A stretch of 64,000 bases of DNA. Origin: Candidatus Latescibacterota bacterium (GTDB taxonomy: Bacteria > Latescibacterota > UBA2968 > GCA-2709665). Under the pieces are notes generated by a model. It was not told the origin of the DNA and ran no database searches. It was given only the letters and a program-made list of their open reading frames with translations. Position 1 is the first letter of the stretch. Every line of letters begins with the position of its first letter. Below, one piece after another: positions 37,699-46,316 of this stretch. The stretch covers positions 3,616,001 through 3,680,000 of the forward strand of contig OZ252100.1 of NCBI GenBank assembly GCA_965248435.1, given 5' to 3'. The position numbers and the translations under genes were made by a program.

Positions 37699-38847
37699 TT
37701 GATGGCAGAGAAGACATACGGCGTTCTGCTCGCGAGTTTCAGCAAACACAGCCATCAGAATTTCTTCATCCCATCCTATCTGGGCCACCCCAGGATTCGC
37801 ATTGTTGCGGTTACGGATGAGTCGGATGTCGAGCCGGAGCTGAAAAGCCAGAACGAGAAGCGGGCACGGGAGCTGAACATCCCCTATGTCGAAGGATTCG
37901 ATCGGGCCCTGGAGCTGGACGGCGTGGATATCGTCAGTATCGGACACGAGATCGAGCGACGTGCCGATCTGGCGATTCGTGCCGCGGCGGCTGGCAAGCA
38001 TCTCTGGATCGACAAGTATATCGGTGCGACGATCGAGGAATGCGATGAAGTAGTGAAGCGGGTAGAGGCTGCCGGTGTAAAGTCGATCATTCCCAGCTAC
38101 GTTTATGGCGAGCTCGTGGGCAGGAGCCGAGCCGTTATCGACTCTGGAGTACTCGGTGAGCTTCTGGGCGTGCATGCGGACGCCATGTTCGGCAAGAATT
38201 TGCCTCAGGAGATTGCCGAACAGGATCGGAAAACCCCCTTTCTTCCGCCGGGACGCTGGAAGTTTCCAGACATCAAGCGGGAGCTGCTCACGGTAGGCGC
38301 CTATGCCGCTGCCCTTGTGCAGGGCTGCCTCGGCCGCATTTCACACGTCTGCGGGTTCGCCGACGCCTATTTCTTTCCGGAGCACGCTGCCCACGGAGCC
38401 GACGATTTCGGGACCCTCACGATGACGGACAGCGAGGGTCGAGTCGCGACACTGTGCGGCGGACGCGTCGGAATGGCCGTACACACCTACGGAGGCCTGT
38501 CTCGGGCGTGGCTGATCGGTACGAAGGGGAGTGTGCTCGTGGATGCCAATCGCCCGGCACTGGACGTCTTCGTGCGCGAGGATATCATCAACGCAGACTA
38601 CTCGATCCCCAGCCACGATCCGATGCAGTGGCATTCTCACGCCCCTTCCATGGGGACTTCCCTGGCGGAGGATCAAGGGGGGCTGTCGAATGGTCTGGAA
38701 GATCTGGTCCAGGCCCTGGACGAGGACCGCATGCCCGGCTTTACGGTGAGGGAGGCCAGGGACCATATGGAGATCCTCATCGCCGGCTATACCGCTGTTG
38801 TCAACGGAGAGACTGTGGACCTTCCCCTGAAACGCCAGGCAAACTGA
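37699..38847 (+). CDS. Gfo/Idh/MocA-family oxidoreductase (divergent)
   Basis: IVAVTD, VDIVSI, AAAAGKHLWIDKY, GVLGELLGV and DDFGTLTM motifs. Confidence 0.8.
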   Translation: MMAEKTYGVLLASFSKHSHQNFFIPSYLGHPRIRIVAVTDESDVEPELKSQNEKRARELNIPYVEGFDRALELDGVDIVSIGHEIERRADLAIRAAAAGKHLWIDKYIGATIEECDEVVKRVEAAGVKSIIPSYVYGELVGRSRAVIDSGVLGELLGVHADAMFGKNLPQEIAEQDRKTPFLPPGRWKFPDIKRELLTVGAYAAALVQGCLGRISHVCGFADAYFFPEHAAHGADDFGTLTMTDSEGRVATLCGGRVGMAVHTYGGLSRAWLIGTKGSVLVDANRPALDVFVREDIINADYSIPSHDPMQWHSHAPSMGTSLAEDQGGLSNGLEDLVQALDEDRMPGFTVREARDHMEILIAGYTAVVNGETVDLPLKRQAN

Positions 38848-39752
38848 TGTCAGACAGACGCGTGGCTCTGGTCGCAGATCCTTCTCATTTTGAAATCGTC
38901 CGGGCCATCTGTTCCCGCTTTGAAAATGTGGGCGTCTTCAATCCGACCCGCTCGCGCTTCGGCGAACTCTCTTCTCCAATATTCACAGACCTCGAATCTC
39001 TGCTCCGACAGTTCGATCCCGCCCTCTGCTGTTTCCTGAGCCCTTACACTCGCATGAAGCAAGACCTTCCCACGTGCATCGATCGGCGGGTCCACGTTCT
39101 GTCCGCCGGGCCGTTTTCCCTGAATCGAAAAGAATTCGAGTTGGTGTCCCAGGAAGCGAGAGACAATCGAATTCACGTTCAGAGCAACGGTCGGCATCTG
39201 TTCTCTCGATTGCACGACACGGTTTCAGAACGATCCGGCGGTTCTGCATTCGGGCATCCCGTTTACTTACGTCTTTTGACCGGCGGGGGAGACGGGATTC
39301 TTTCGGCCTGGTGGGCAGCGTGCGAAGCACTGGCGCAGGCAGAGTCTCTCCTGAGATCGGGGGTCACAGATCTTCGCGTCACGGCGATCAAGAAGGGCAG
39401 GAAGCATCACGTTACGCTGACGGGTCAGATGGGCGACCGCGCGCTGGCGCAGCTCGTGATCGCCCCTGTTCATATGCCGCTGGGCTGCGACATGACCCTT
39501 CTGGGTACCGGCGGGTTGCTGTTGAACGAAAGTATCCATAACGCGACAACGGTGATCAAAGAGGGGGGGGTCGAGCTCCATTCGCACGATGCGTTCTGCC
39601 CCGATCCAGACTGGTTGAGGGACTTTGTGGAGAAGATCGATCGCTCCGACCCCGAGCTTCCGGATTGGAAGACGCTTTCGTTTCAGGGCCGGGTATTGCG
39701 ATCTATTCGTCAGGCCGTGCGTGAGGGTCGACCCGTGCGCGTAAAAGTGTGA
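38847..39752 (+). CDS. Degenerate Gfo/Idh/MocA-like protein, translationally coupled to the upstream gene
   Basis: TGATG stop/start overlap at 38845-38849; FTDLESLL, VHVLSAGP, FGHPVYLR and TLLGTGG motifs. Confidence 0.6.
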   Translation: MSDRRVALVADPSHFEIVRAICSRFENVGVFNPTRSRFGELSSPIFTDLESLLRQFDPALCCFLSPYTRMKQDLPTCIDRRVHVLSAGPFSLNRKEFELVSQEARDNRIHVQSNGRHLFSRLHDTVSERSGGSAFGHPVYLRLLTGGGDGILSAWWAACEALAQAESLLRSGVTDLRVTAIKKGRKHHVTLTGQMGDRALAQLVIAPVHMPLGCDMTLLGTGGLLLNESIHNATTVIKEGGVELHSHDAFCPDPDWLRDFVEKIDRSDPELPDWKTLSFQGRVLRSIRQAVREGRPVRVKV

Positions 39753-39784
39753 TCCGCATCATATGAATACCGCGATTCATTTCG

Positions 39785-39914
39785 TCGCCATCAGGAGTTG
39801 GCTCCTACCGGATACAGTTCGCCATCACCCGGTAGGAGCCGTCTCCCGACGGCGAACAATTTGATCGCGGTGTCTGTCTCGGACAACCGTATGTGCCGTC
39901 GCCAGACGGCGAAG
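39785..39914. repeat. Cluster of GTAG-type REP-like elements in inverted arrangement
   Basis: GGCTCCTACCGG ... CCGGTAGGAGCCGTCTCCCGACGGCGAA ... GCCGTCGCCAGACGGCGAA. Confidence 0.7.
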
Positions 39915-39939
39915 ATTTTGACCATAAGGAGATAAGACA

Positions 39940-40938
39940 ATGAGCGAAACCGCCAACGTGGGCCAGGCTCGGGACGAAGACAGGGAGTTCTTCGAGCGCG
40001 AACTGGCCTCTTTCGTGCCGGACCGGGTGTTCGATGCCCACTGTCACGCGTATCACGAAGACAACTGCACGCTTCCGGAGATCTTCTCAGAGATTCGAAC
40101 CGTGGGGTATCCTGAATACATGAGCGTCATGGAGGACCTTCATCCAGGGAGGCACATGGGGGCCCTGCTCATCCCGTCGACGCACGAACCTGAGAGGCTG
40201 CCTCACGCCAACGAGTGGGCGGCCAAGGCCGCTTCGGCCAACCCCGATTTTCGGAGCTCGTTCTTCGTGAAGCCAGACGATGATCCGGAGTGGGTCCGGG
40301 ATGAGGTGAAGCGGCTCGGGGCCTGCGGTCTCAAGTGCTACCATACGTACTCGGACGTAGACCCGACCTGGGAAGCCCAGATTCCGGACTACCTTCCTGA
40401 GAAGTTCATCAAGGTCGCGGACGAGGAGGGATGGATGATCACGCTCCACATGGTGAGATCCCGCGCGGTGGCCGACCCCGGGAACATCAAGTGGATCCGT
40501 CACTACTGTGAAACGTATCCGAACATGATCCTGGTCCTGGCGCATTCGGCGAGGGCGTTTCAGCCTGCGCACGCCATGGAGGGGCTCCCGCAGCTGACGG
40601 GGCTGGACAACCTCTACTGTGACTCGAGCGCAAACTGCGAACAGATGGCGCATCAGGCGATCATCCGGATCCTCGGGCACGAGAAGCTGCTATACGGATC
40701 AGACTTTATGGCGAGCCACGATCGGGGGCGATCGGTCGGTGCCGCGGACACCTTCCTCTGGCTCTACAACGACACGCCCGTATGGGTCGAGAAACATCTG
40801 ACGATCAAACCGGTGCTGGTCGGGCTGGAGCACCTGCGATCCATGAAATGGGCGTGCTGGTCCGAACGTCTGAGCGACAGCGCCGTTGAAGACATCTTCT
40901 GGAATAACTCGGCAAAGCTGTTCGGCATCGATTCTTGA
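39940..40938 (+). CDS. Amidohydrolase_2-family metalloenzyme
   Basis: FDAHCH, GLKCYH, ITLH, LVLAH, NLYCDSS, LLYGSDF and IFWNNSAKLF motifs. Confidence 0.88.
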   Translation: MSETANVGQARDEDREFFERELASFVPDRVFDAHCHAYHEDNCTLPEIFSEIRTVGYPEYMSVMEDLHPGRHMGALLIPSTHEPERLPHANEWAAKAASANPDFRSSFFVKPDDDPEWVRDEVKRLGACGLKCYHTYSDVDPTWEAQIPDYLPEKFIKVADEEGWMITLHMVRSRAVADPGNIKWIRHYCETYPNMILVLAHSARAFQPAHAMEGLPQLTGLDNLYCDSSANCEQMAHQAIIRILGHEKLLYGSDFMASHDRGRSVGAADTFLWLYNDTPVWVEKHLTIKPVLVGLEHLRSMKWACWSERLSDSAVEDIFWNNSAKLFGIDS

Positions 40939-40965
40939 TCGCACCCGGAGGGCGATAGAAAGGAC

Positions 40966-41952
40966 ATGGAAAGACCCCAGGTAGGCATCCTGGCTCGTCG
41001 GTCTCTTCGCGAGAAGATCCTGAGAGAAGAAGACCTTCAGCGCCTCAAAGGCTTCGCGGAAGTCAGTATGAATCCGGAAGATCGAGATCTCACGGAAGAG
41101 GAGGCGGCCCGGTTTCTGAGCGGGATGGACGCGGCCATGTCCTCGTGGGGAAGTTCGCGGCTGACGTCCGCGGTTCTGGAAGCGGCAACGGGGCTGAAGA
41201 TCTGGGTGCACGCCGCAGGTTCCGTGAAGACGAAGATGTGCCCGGAGGCGTGGGAGAAGGGGATTATCCTGACGAGCGCCGCGGCTGCGATCGCGGGGGA
41301 TGTAGCCGAGCTGACGATCGGGTTCATCACGATCGGGCTGAGGCGGATCATCCCCTACATGCGCGAGATGGCAGCGAACGAACCACCCGACAAAGCGGCG
41401 TCCCGTTCGCTCTACCGAAAGACCGTGGGGGTCATCTCGGCGAGCCACGTCGGCCGGCAGGTGATGGAGCTCCTGCAGCCCTACAACGTGAGGATCCTGC
41501 TGTATGATCCGTACGTGGACTCAGACCAGGCGAAGACCTTCGGGGCCGAGTTGGTGGACCTGGATACGATGGCGCGCGCGAGCGATGTGGTGAGCTGTCA
41601 CGCGCCGGCGCTGGAAGCGACCTACCACATGTTTAACGGGACCCACTTCAAGCTGATGAAGGACGATGCCATCTTCGTGAATACCTCCAGGGGGAACAAC
41701 ATCGACGAGGCGGCGCTGATCGAGGAGCTGGAGAAGGGGCGGCTGTTCGCGCTCCTGGATGTGTCGAGTCCGGAACCCGCGATGCCCGACAGCCCGCTAC
41801 GTCGGCTGCCGAACGTGGTTCTGACCCCTCACGTGGCGGGGCGGCCGTCCTTCCGCCTGGGTGAAATGGCGGTGGAGGAGCTTCGCCGCTTTTATGCGGG
41901 AGAGCCCCAGATGCATCAGGTGACGAGAGACATGTTGGACCGGATTGCGTGA
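40966..41952 (+). CDS. D-isomer-specific 2-hydroxyacid dehydrogenase (copy 1)
   Basis: HAAGSVK, YDPY, SDVVSCHAP, FVNTSRG, LDV..PEP and LTPHVAG motifs. Confidence 0.9.
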   Translation: MERPQVGILARRSLREKILREEDLQRLKGFAEVSMNPEDRDLTEEEAARFLSGMDAAMSSWGSSRLTSAVLEAATGLKIWVHAAGSVKTKMCPEAWEKGIILTSAAAAIAGDVAELTIGFITIGLRRIIPYMREMAANEPPDKAASRSLYRKTVGVISASHVGRQVMELLQPYNVRILLYDPYVDSDQAKTFGAELVDLDTMARASDVVSCHAPALEATYHMFNGTHFKLMKDDAIFVNTSRGNNIDEAALIEELEKGRLFALLDVSSPEPAMPDSPLRRLPNVVLTPHVAGRPSFRLGEMAVEELRRFYAGEPQMHQVTRDMLDRIA

Positions 41953-41963
41953 CGGGATGACTT

Positions 41964-42959
41964 ATGAGTAAACCTCGAGTCGGCATCCTGGTGCGCCGCT
42001 CGCTTCGCGAGATGATTCTCCCGGCCGAGGCGCTTCAAGAATTGGAGCGCTTCGCCGAAGTGATCTTGAATCCCGAGGACCGGGACTTCGCGGAGGAAGA
42101 GGCGGCGGTGTTCCTGAGAGATGCGGATGGGGCGATGTCGAGCTGGGGAACCCCGAGCCTCACCTCTGCGATTCTGGAAGCGGCGCCCGGGTTGAAGGTC
42201 TGGGCGCACGCCGCCGGGTCGGCAAAGCGGCGGATGTGCCCCGAGGCCTGGGAGAAGGGGGTCGTGCTCACGAGCGCCGCGGCCGCGATCGCGGTGGATG
42301 TTGCGGAGCTGACGATCGGGTTCATGACGATCGGGCTGAGACGAGTCATCCCTTACATGCGAGAGATGGCGGCGAACGCGGCGATTGATATGGACGCCTC
42401 CCACTCGCTCTACCGAAAGACCGTGGGGATCATCGGCGCCGGACACGTGGGCCGGCGGGTGATGGAGCTCCTCAAACCTTACAAGGCCCGGATCCTGCTC
42501 TACGACCCCTACCTGGATGCAGAGCAGGCGGAGACGCTCGGGGCCGAGCTTGTGGACCTGGAGAAGATGGCGCGAGAGAGCGATGTGGTGACCTGTCACG
42601 CGCCGCGCCTGGATGGGACCCACCACATGGTGAATGGGACGCACTTCAAGCTGATGAAGGACGACGCCATCTTCATAAACAACGCGGTCGGGGATAACGT
42701 CGATGAGGCCGCCCTGATCGAGGAGCTGGAGAAGGGCCGCCTGTTCGCCTTCCTGGATGCGTCCAGTCCTCAGCCACCTGAGCCGGACAGTCCCCTGCGC
42801 CGATTGCCGAACGTGGTCCTGACGCCGGGTCACGCCGCACTCGCCGGCCAAAGGCCCTCCGTGATCGGCGAGATGGCAGTGGAGGAGCTGCGGCGCTTCT
42901 TCGCGGGTGAACCCCAGATGCATCAGCTGACTCGGGAAATGCTGGATCGCATTGCATGA
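41964..42959 (+). CDS. D-2-hydroxyacid dehydrogenase paralog (copy 2; altered catalytic residues)
   Basis: Close paralog of copy 1; GIIGAGHVG, INNAVG, SPQP and LTPGHAA. Confidence 0.85.
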   Translation: MSKPRVGILVRRSLREMILPAEALQELERFAEVILNPEDRDFAEEEAAVFLRDADGAMSSWGTPSLTSAILEAAPGLKVWAHAAGSAKRRMCPEAWEKGVVLTSAAAAIAVDVAELTIGFMTIGLRRVIPYMREMAANAAIDMDASHSLYRKTVGIIGAGHVGRRVMELLKPYKARILLYDPYLDAEQAETLGAELVDLEKMARESDVVTCHAPRLDGTHHMVNGTHFKLMKDDAIFINNAVGDNVDEAALIEELEKGRLFAFLDASSPQPPEPDSPLRRLPNVVLTPGHAALAGQRPSVIGEMAVEELRRFFAGEPQMHQLTREMLDRIA

Positions 42960-42969
42960 GAAAAGTCGA

Positions 42970-43007
42970 CCTAACCCCCTAGCCCCCTTCCCTAAAGGGA
43001 AGGGGGA
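42970..43007. repeat. C-rich/G-rich palindromic element
   Basis: CCTAACCCCCTAGCCCCCTTCCCTAAAGGGAAGGGGG. Confidence 0.8.
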
Positions 43008-43039
43008 ATAATTCTCTGGAGTGATCGTCAGGAGCATCG

Positions 43040-44593
43040 ATGTCCACAACCCATGGCGAAATTCCGTTTCTGATCGGCCAAGACTTCGTCAAACGGCGTA
43101 ACGTCGCCTGGCGGGTCGAGCTGGGCGAGCCGGACCCTGAGAATCCCCTGCTCGAACCGGAGATGCCGTGGGACACCGACCATCCGTTTTTGCACGGGAC
43201 CGTGCTTCGCGATCCGATCGACGGGCTCTGGAAGGCGTGGGGGGCGGCGTCTGCGCACGACCCCTACCAACATCAGGCACGGCGCCTCGCCTACCTGGAG
43301 AGCGAAGATGGGGTTAGCTGGCGTCGTCCGGAGCTCGAACTCTGCCCGTATGGAGAACATAAACGGACCAACATCCTGCTGGATGTGACTTCCGGCGGCG
43401 ACCTCTCTCAGGCCAGTGTGATGGTCAGTCCTGATGCGGACGAGGCTCGGCGTTATGAGATGTTCGTCCTTCGCCGACCGGGATGGCCGGCGGAGCTGCC
43501 CGGGACAGATGTGGCGAAAGGGTTTGAGACGCCTGAAGGTGGTGAGGCCAGGGAACGGGGAATCTACCACTATACATCCAGCGACGGGTTAAACTGGAAT
43601 GCAGATGTGGGCCCGGTCCTCAAGGAGAACAACCACCCGCTTCGCCAGGATGCCACGGCCGACAGCTGCTACATCTTCGGACAGGATGACGGAACTTATG
43701 TCTCCTATCACAAGAAGTCGATTCGGGGTTTTCCAGGTAGCATTATGCCTTACGAACTCGGCCCGGGGGGATGTCGCATCCTGGTGCAGCGGAGGAGTGA
43801 AGACGGCATACACTGGGACCCGCTGGAGTTGTGCATGCTTCCGGACTGGCGAGACACGACCGATACCCAGTTCATGGAGATGGCAGTCTCGCCCGTGACG
43901 GGCGGGTATCTTGGCGTGGTGACCGTTTACAGGACCGGAAGCCAGACCCTGGAGTTTCAGTTTGCGGCGTCGAGGGACGGTCGCTACTGGTGGCGCCCGG
44001 ACCGGCGTGCGTGTGTATCGCTGCCTCCGCTCGGAGAATACGGCGGCGGGATGATGTGGGGGACCCACAACCTGATCGATGACGGGGACCGGCTCCATTA
44101 CTACTACACGGGACTTCAGGGAATTCACGGAGACATCTTCAGTACGGAAGAGGCCGATCTGGCCGAGGCGGAGGGCCGGCCTTACAAGCGGCTCTCACCC
44201 TTGCACGGTGAGGTCCTGGCGCGCGTGCCCAGCCTGATCTTCTTTCACGGCGCCCTCTGTCGGGCGTCCTGGAAGAAGGGGAGACTCTGGGCGCTGACGA
44301 CGGCCTCGGGGGGGAAACTGGAGGGCGAGGCAACGACGCAGGCGAGCATGCGTCAGGGTGAAGTGCTGAACCTGAGCACGGCGACGTTCAGGGATGGCGA
44401 GCTTCGGGCCGAGCTTGTGGGCGAGGATGGTCGGGCAGCGGAGGGATTCGATCGCGACGCGTGTGACCGGTTTTCGGGCGACACGATGCGGACGAGGATG
44501 ACGTGGAACGGGAAAGCGGCCGCGCCTGCTGACGGCCTCCAGGTCAGATTCATACTCAGAAACGCGCGGCTGTATGGGTTTGATTTTACATAG
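43040..44593 (+). CDS. Uncharacterised beta-propeller glycoside-hydrolase-like protein (GH32/43/130-like fold), paralog 1
   Basis: NPLLEPEMPWD, GTVLRD..WKAW, Asp-box-like SEDGVSW / SSDGLNW / SEDGIHW / SRDGRYW, C-terminal beta-sandwich ending LYGFDF; no signal peptide. Confidence 0.7.
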   Translation: MSTTHGEIPFLIGQDFVKRRNVAWRVELGEPDPENPLLEPEMPWDTDHPFLHGTVLRDPIDGLWKAWGAASAHDPYQHQARRLAYLESEDGVSWRRPELELCPYGEHKRTNILLDVTSGGDLSQASVMVSPDADEARRYEMFVLRRPGWPAELPGTDVAKGFETPEGGEARERGIYHYTSSDGLNWNADVGPVLKENNHPLRQDATADSCYIFGQDDGTYVSYHKKSIRGFPGSIMPYELGPGGCRILVQRRSEDGIHWDPLELCMLPDWRDTTDTQFMEMAVSPVTGGYLGVVTVYRTGSQTLEFQFAASRDGRYWWRPDRRACVSLPPLGEYGGGMMWGTHNLIDDGDRLHYYYTGLQGIHGDIFSTEEADLAEAEGRPYKRLSPLHGEVLARVPSLIFFHGALCRASWKKGRLWALTTASGGKLEGEATTQASMRQGEVLNLSTATFRDGELRAELVGEDGRAAEGFDRDACDRFSGDTMRTRMTWNGKAAAPADGLQVRFILRNARLYGFDFT

Positions 44594-44600
44594 AGGAAAC

Positions 44601-44647
44601 AAATCCCCCCTACCCCCCTTTTCCAAAGGGGGATTAAGGGGGATTTA
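44601..44647. repeat. Short form of the AAATCCCCC...GGGGGATTT palindromic element
   Basis: AAATCCCCCCTACCCCCCTTTTCCAAAGGGGGATTAAGGGGGATTT. Confidence 0.8.
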
Positions 44648-44681
44648 AGAATCATCACATCTCACCTCAAAGAGTTGATTC

Positions 44682-46244
44682 ATGTCCACGACTGACCGAG
44701 GGATTCCGTTTCTGATCGGCGATGACTTCGTCAAGCGCCGAAACGTCGCCTGGCGGGTCGAGCTGGGCGAGCCGGACCCTGAGAATCCGCTGCTCGAACC
44801 GGAGATGCCGTGGGACAACGATCATCCGTTTTTGCACGGGACCGTACTTCGCGATCCGATCGACGGGCTATGGAAGGCGTGGGGTACAGCGGCGGCACAC
44901 GACCCCTACCGATATCACGCCCGCCGCCTCGCCTACCTGGAGAGCGAAGACGGGGTTCACTGGCGTCGCCCGGAGCTTGAACTCTGTCCGTATGGCCAAC
45001 ACGAACGGACGAACATCCTGCTGGACGTGGATTCTGGCGGCAACCTCTCTTGTATGAGCGTGATCGTCAATCCGGATGCGGACGAGTCTCGGCGTTATGA
45101 GATGTTCGTCCTTCGCCGACCGGGATGGCTGGTGGAGGTCCCCGGGACTGAGGTCGCGAAGGGATTTCGGACTCCCGAGGGTTGTGAGGCCAGGGAACGG
45201 GGGATCTACCACTACACGTCCAGTGACGGCATAAAATGGAACGCGGACGTCGGTCCGGTCCTGCTGGAGAACAACGATCCACTTCGTCAAGACGCCACCT
45301 CGGACAACAGTTACTTCTTCCGACAGGAAGATGGGACCTACGTCTCCTATCACAAGAAGTCGATTCGTGGGTTCCCCGGCAACATCATCCCGTATGAACT
45401 CGGCCCGGGAGGATGCCGCATCCTGGTACAGAGGCGAAGCGAGGACGGCATCCACTGGGACCCGCTGGAGCTATGCATGCTGCCGGACTGGAGAGACCCG
45501 AATGATACCCAGTTCATGGAGATGGGGGTCTCGCCCGTGTCCGGCGGCTACCTGGGGATCGTGACCGTTTACAGGACGGGGAACCAGACCCTGGAGCTCC
45601 AGTTCGCGGCGTCCAGGGATGGCCGCTATTGGTGGCGCCCCGACCGGCGTGCTTGTGTGTCGATGCCTCCACTCGGAGACTACGGCGGGGGGATGATGTG
45701 GGGGTCGCACAACCCGATCGAAGAGGGGGACCGGCTCCACGTCTACTACACGGGAGCTCAGGGTCTCCACGGAGACATCTTCAGCACGGAGGAGGCCGAT
45801 CTGGCGGAGGCGGAGGGCCGGCCGTATAAGCCGCTTAAGCCCCTGCACGGTGAGGTCCTGGCCCGCGTGCCCAGCCTTATCTTTCATCACGGCGCGTTCT
45901 GTCGGGCGTCTTGGAAGCGAGGGAGGCTCTGGGCGCTGACAACGGCCTCGGGTGGAAACCTGGAAGGCGAGGCGACCACGCGCGCGAGCATCGGCCATGG
46001 TGAAACGCTGGACGTCAGCGCCGCCACGTTCCGGAATGGCGAGCTTCGGGCGGAGCTTGTGGGCGAGGATGGTCGAGCGGCGGAGGGATTTGACCGCGAT
46101 GCGTGTGAGGGGATTTCGGGCGATACGATGCGGACGACGGTCACGTGGAATGGAAAAGCAGCCGTGCCCACAGATGGATTGCAAATCAGGTTCGTCCTCA
46201 GAAACGCGCGGCTGTATGGCTTTGAATTCGCGCAGCCAAATTAA
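44682..46244 (+). CDS. Uncharacterised beta-propeller glycoside-hydrolase-like protein, paralog 2
   Basis: Highly similar to 43040-44593 over its full length. Confidence 0.7.
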   Translation: MSTTDRGIPFLIGDDFVKRRNVAWRVELGEPDPENPLLEPEMPWDNDHPFLHGTVLRDPIDGLWKAWGTAAAHDPYRYHARRLAYLESEDGVHWRRPELELCPYGQHERTNILLDVDSGGNLSCMSVIVNPDADESRRYEMFVLRRPGWLVEVPGTEVAKGFRTPEGCEARERGIYHYTSSDGIKWNADVGPVLLENNDPLRQDATSDNSYFFRQEDGTYVSYHKKSIRGFPGNIIPYELGPGGCRILVQRRSEDGIHWDPLELCMLPDWRDPNDTQFMEMGVSPVSGGYLGIVTVYRTGNQTLELQFAASRDGRYWWRPDRRACVSMPPLGDYGGGMMWGSHNPIEEGDRLHVYYTGAQGLHGDIFSTEEADLAEAEGRPYKPLKPLHGEVLARVPSLIFHHGAFCRASWKRGRLWALTTASGGNLEGEATTRASIGHGETLDVSAATFRNGELRAELVGEDGRAAEGFDRDACEGISGDTMRTTVTWNGKAAVPTDGLQIRFVLRNARLYGFEFAQPN

Positions 46245-46316
46245 TGTGTTCCGGGTCGCCCTTTTCGTCGTTCACAGAAATCCGGCGCGCCGGTTGACTA
46301 CTTCGGGAGTAGATCG

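Noticed and set aside
38454-38846. N-terminal extension of the 38454-39752 ORF
   Set aside because: It overlaps the upstream gene with low-complexity sequence; the TGATG coupling supports a start at 38847.
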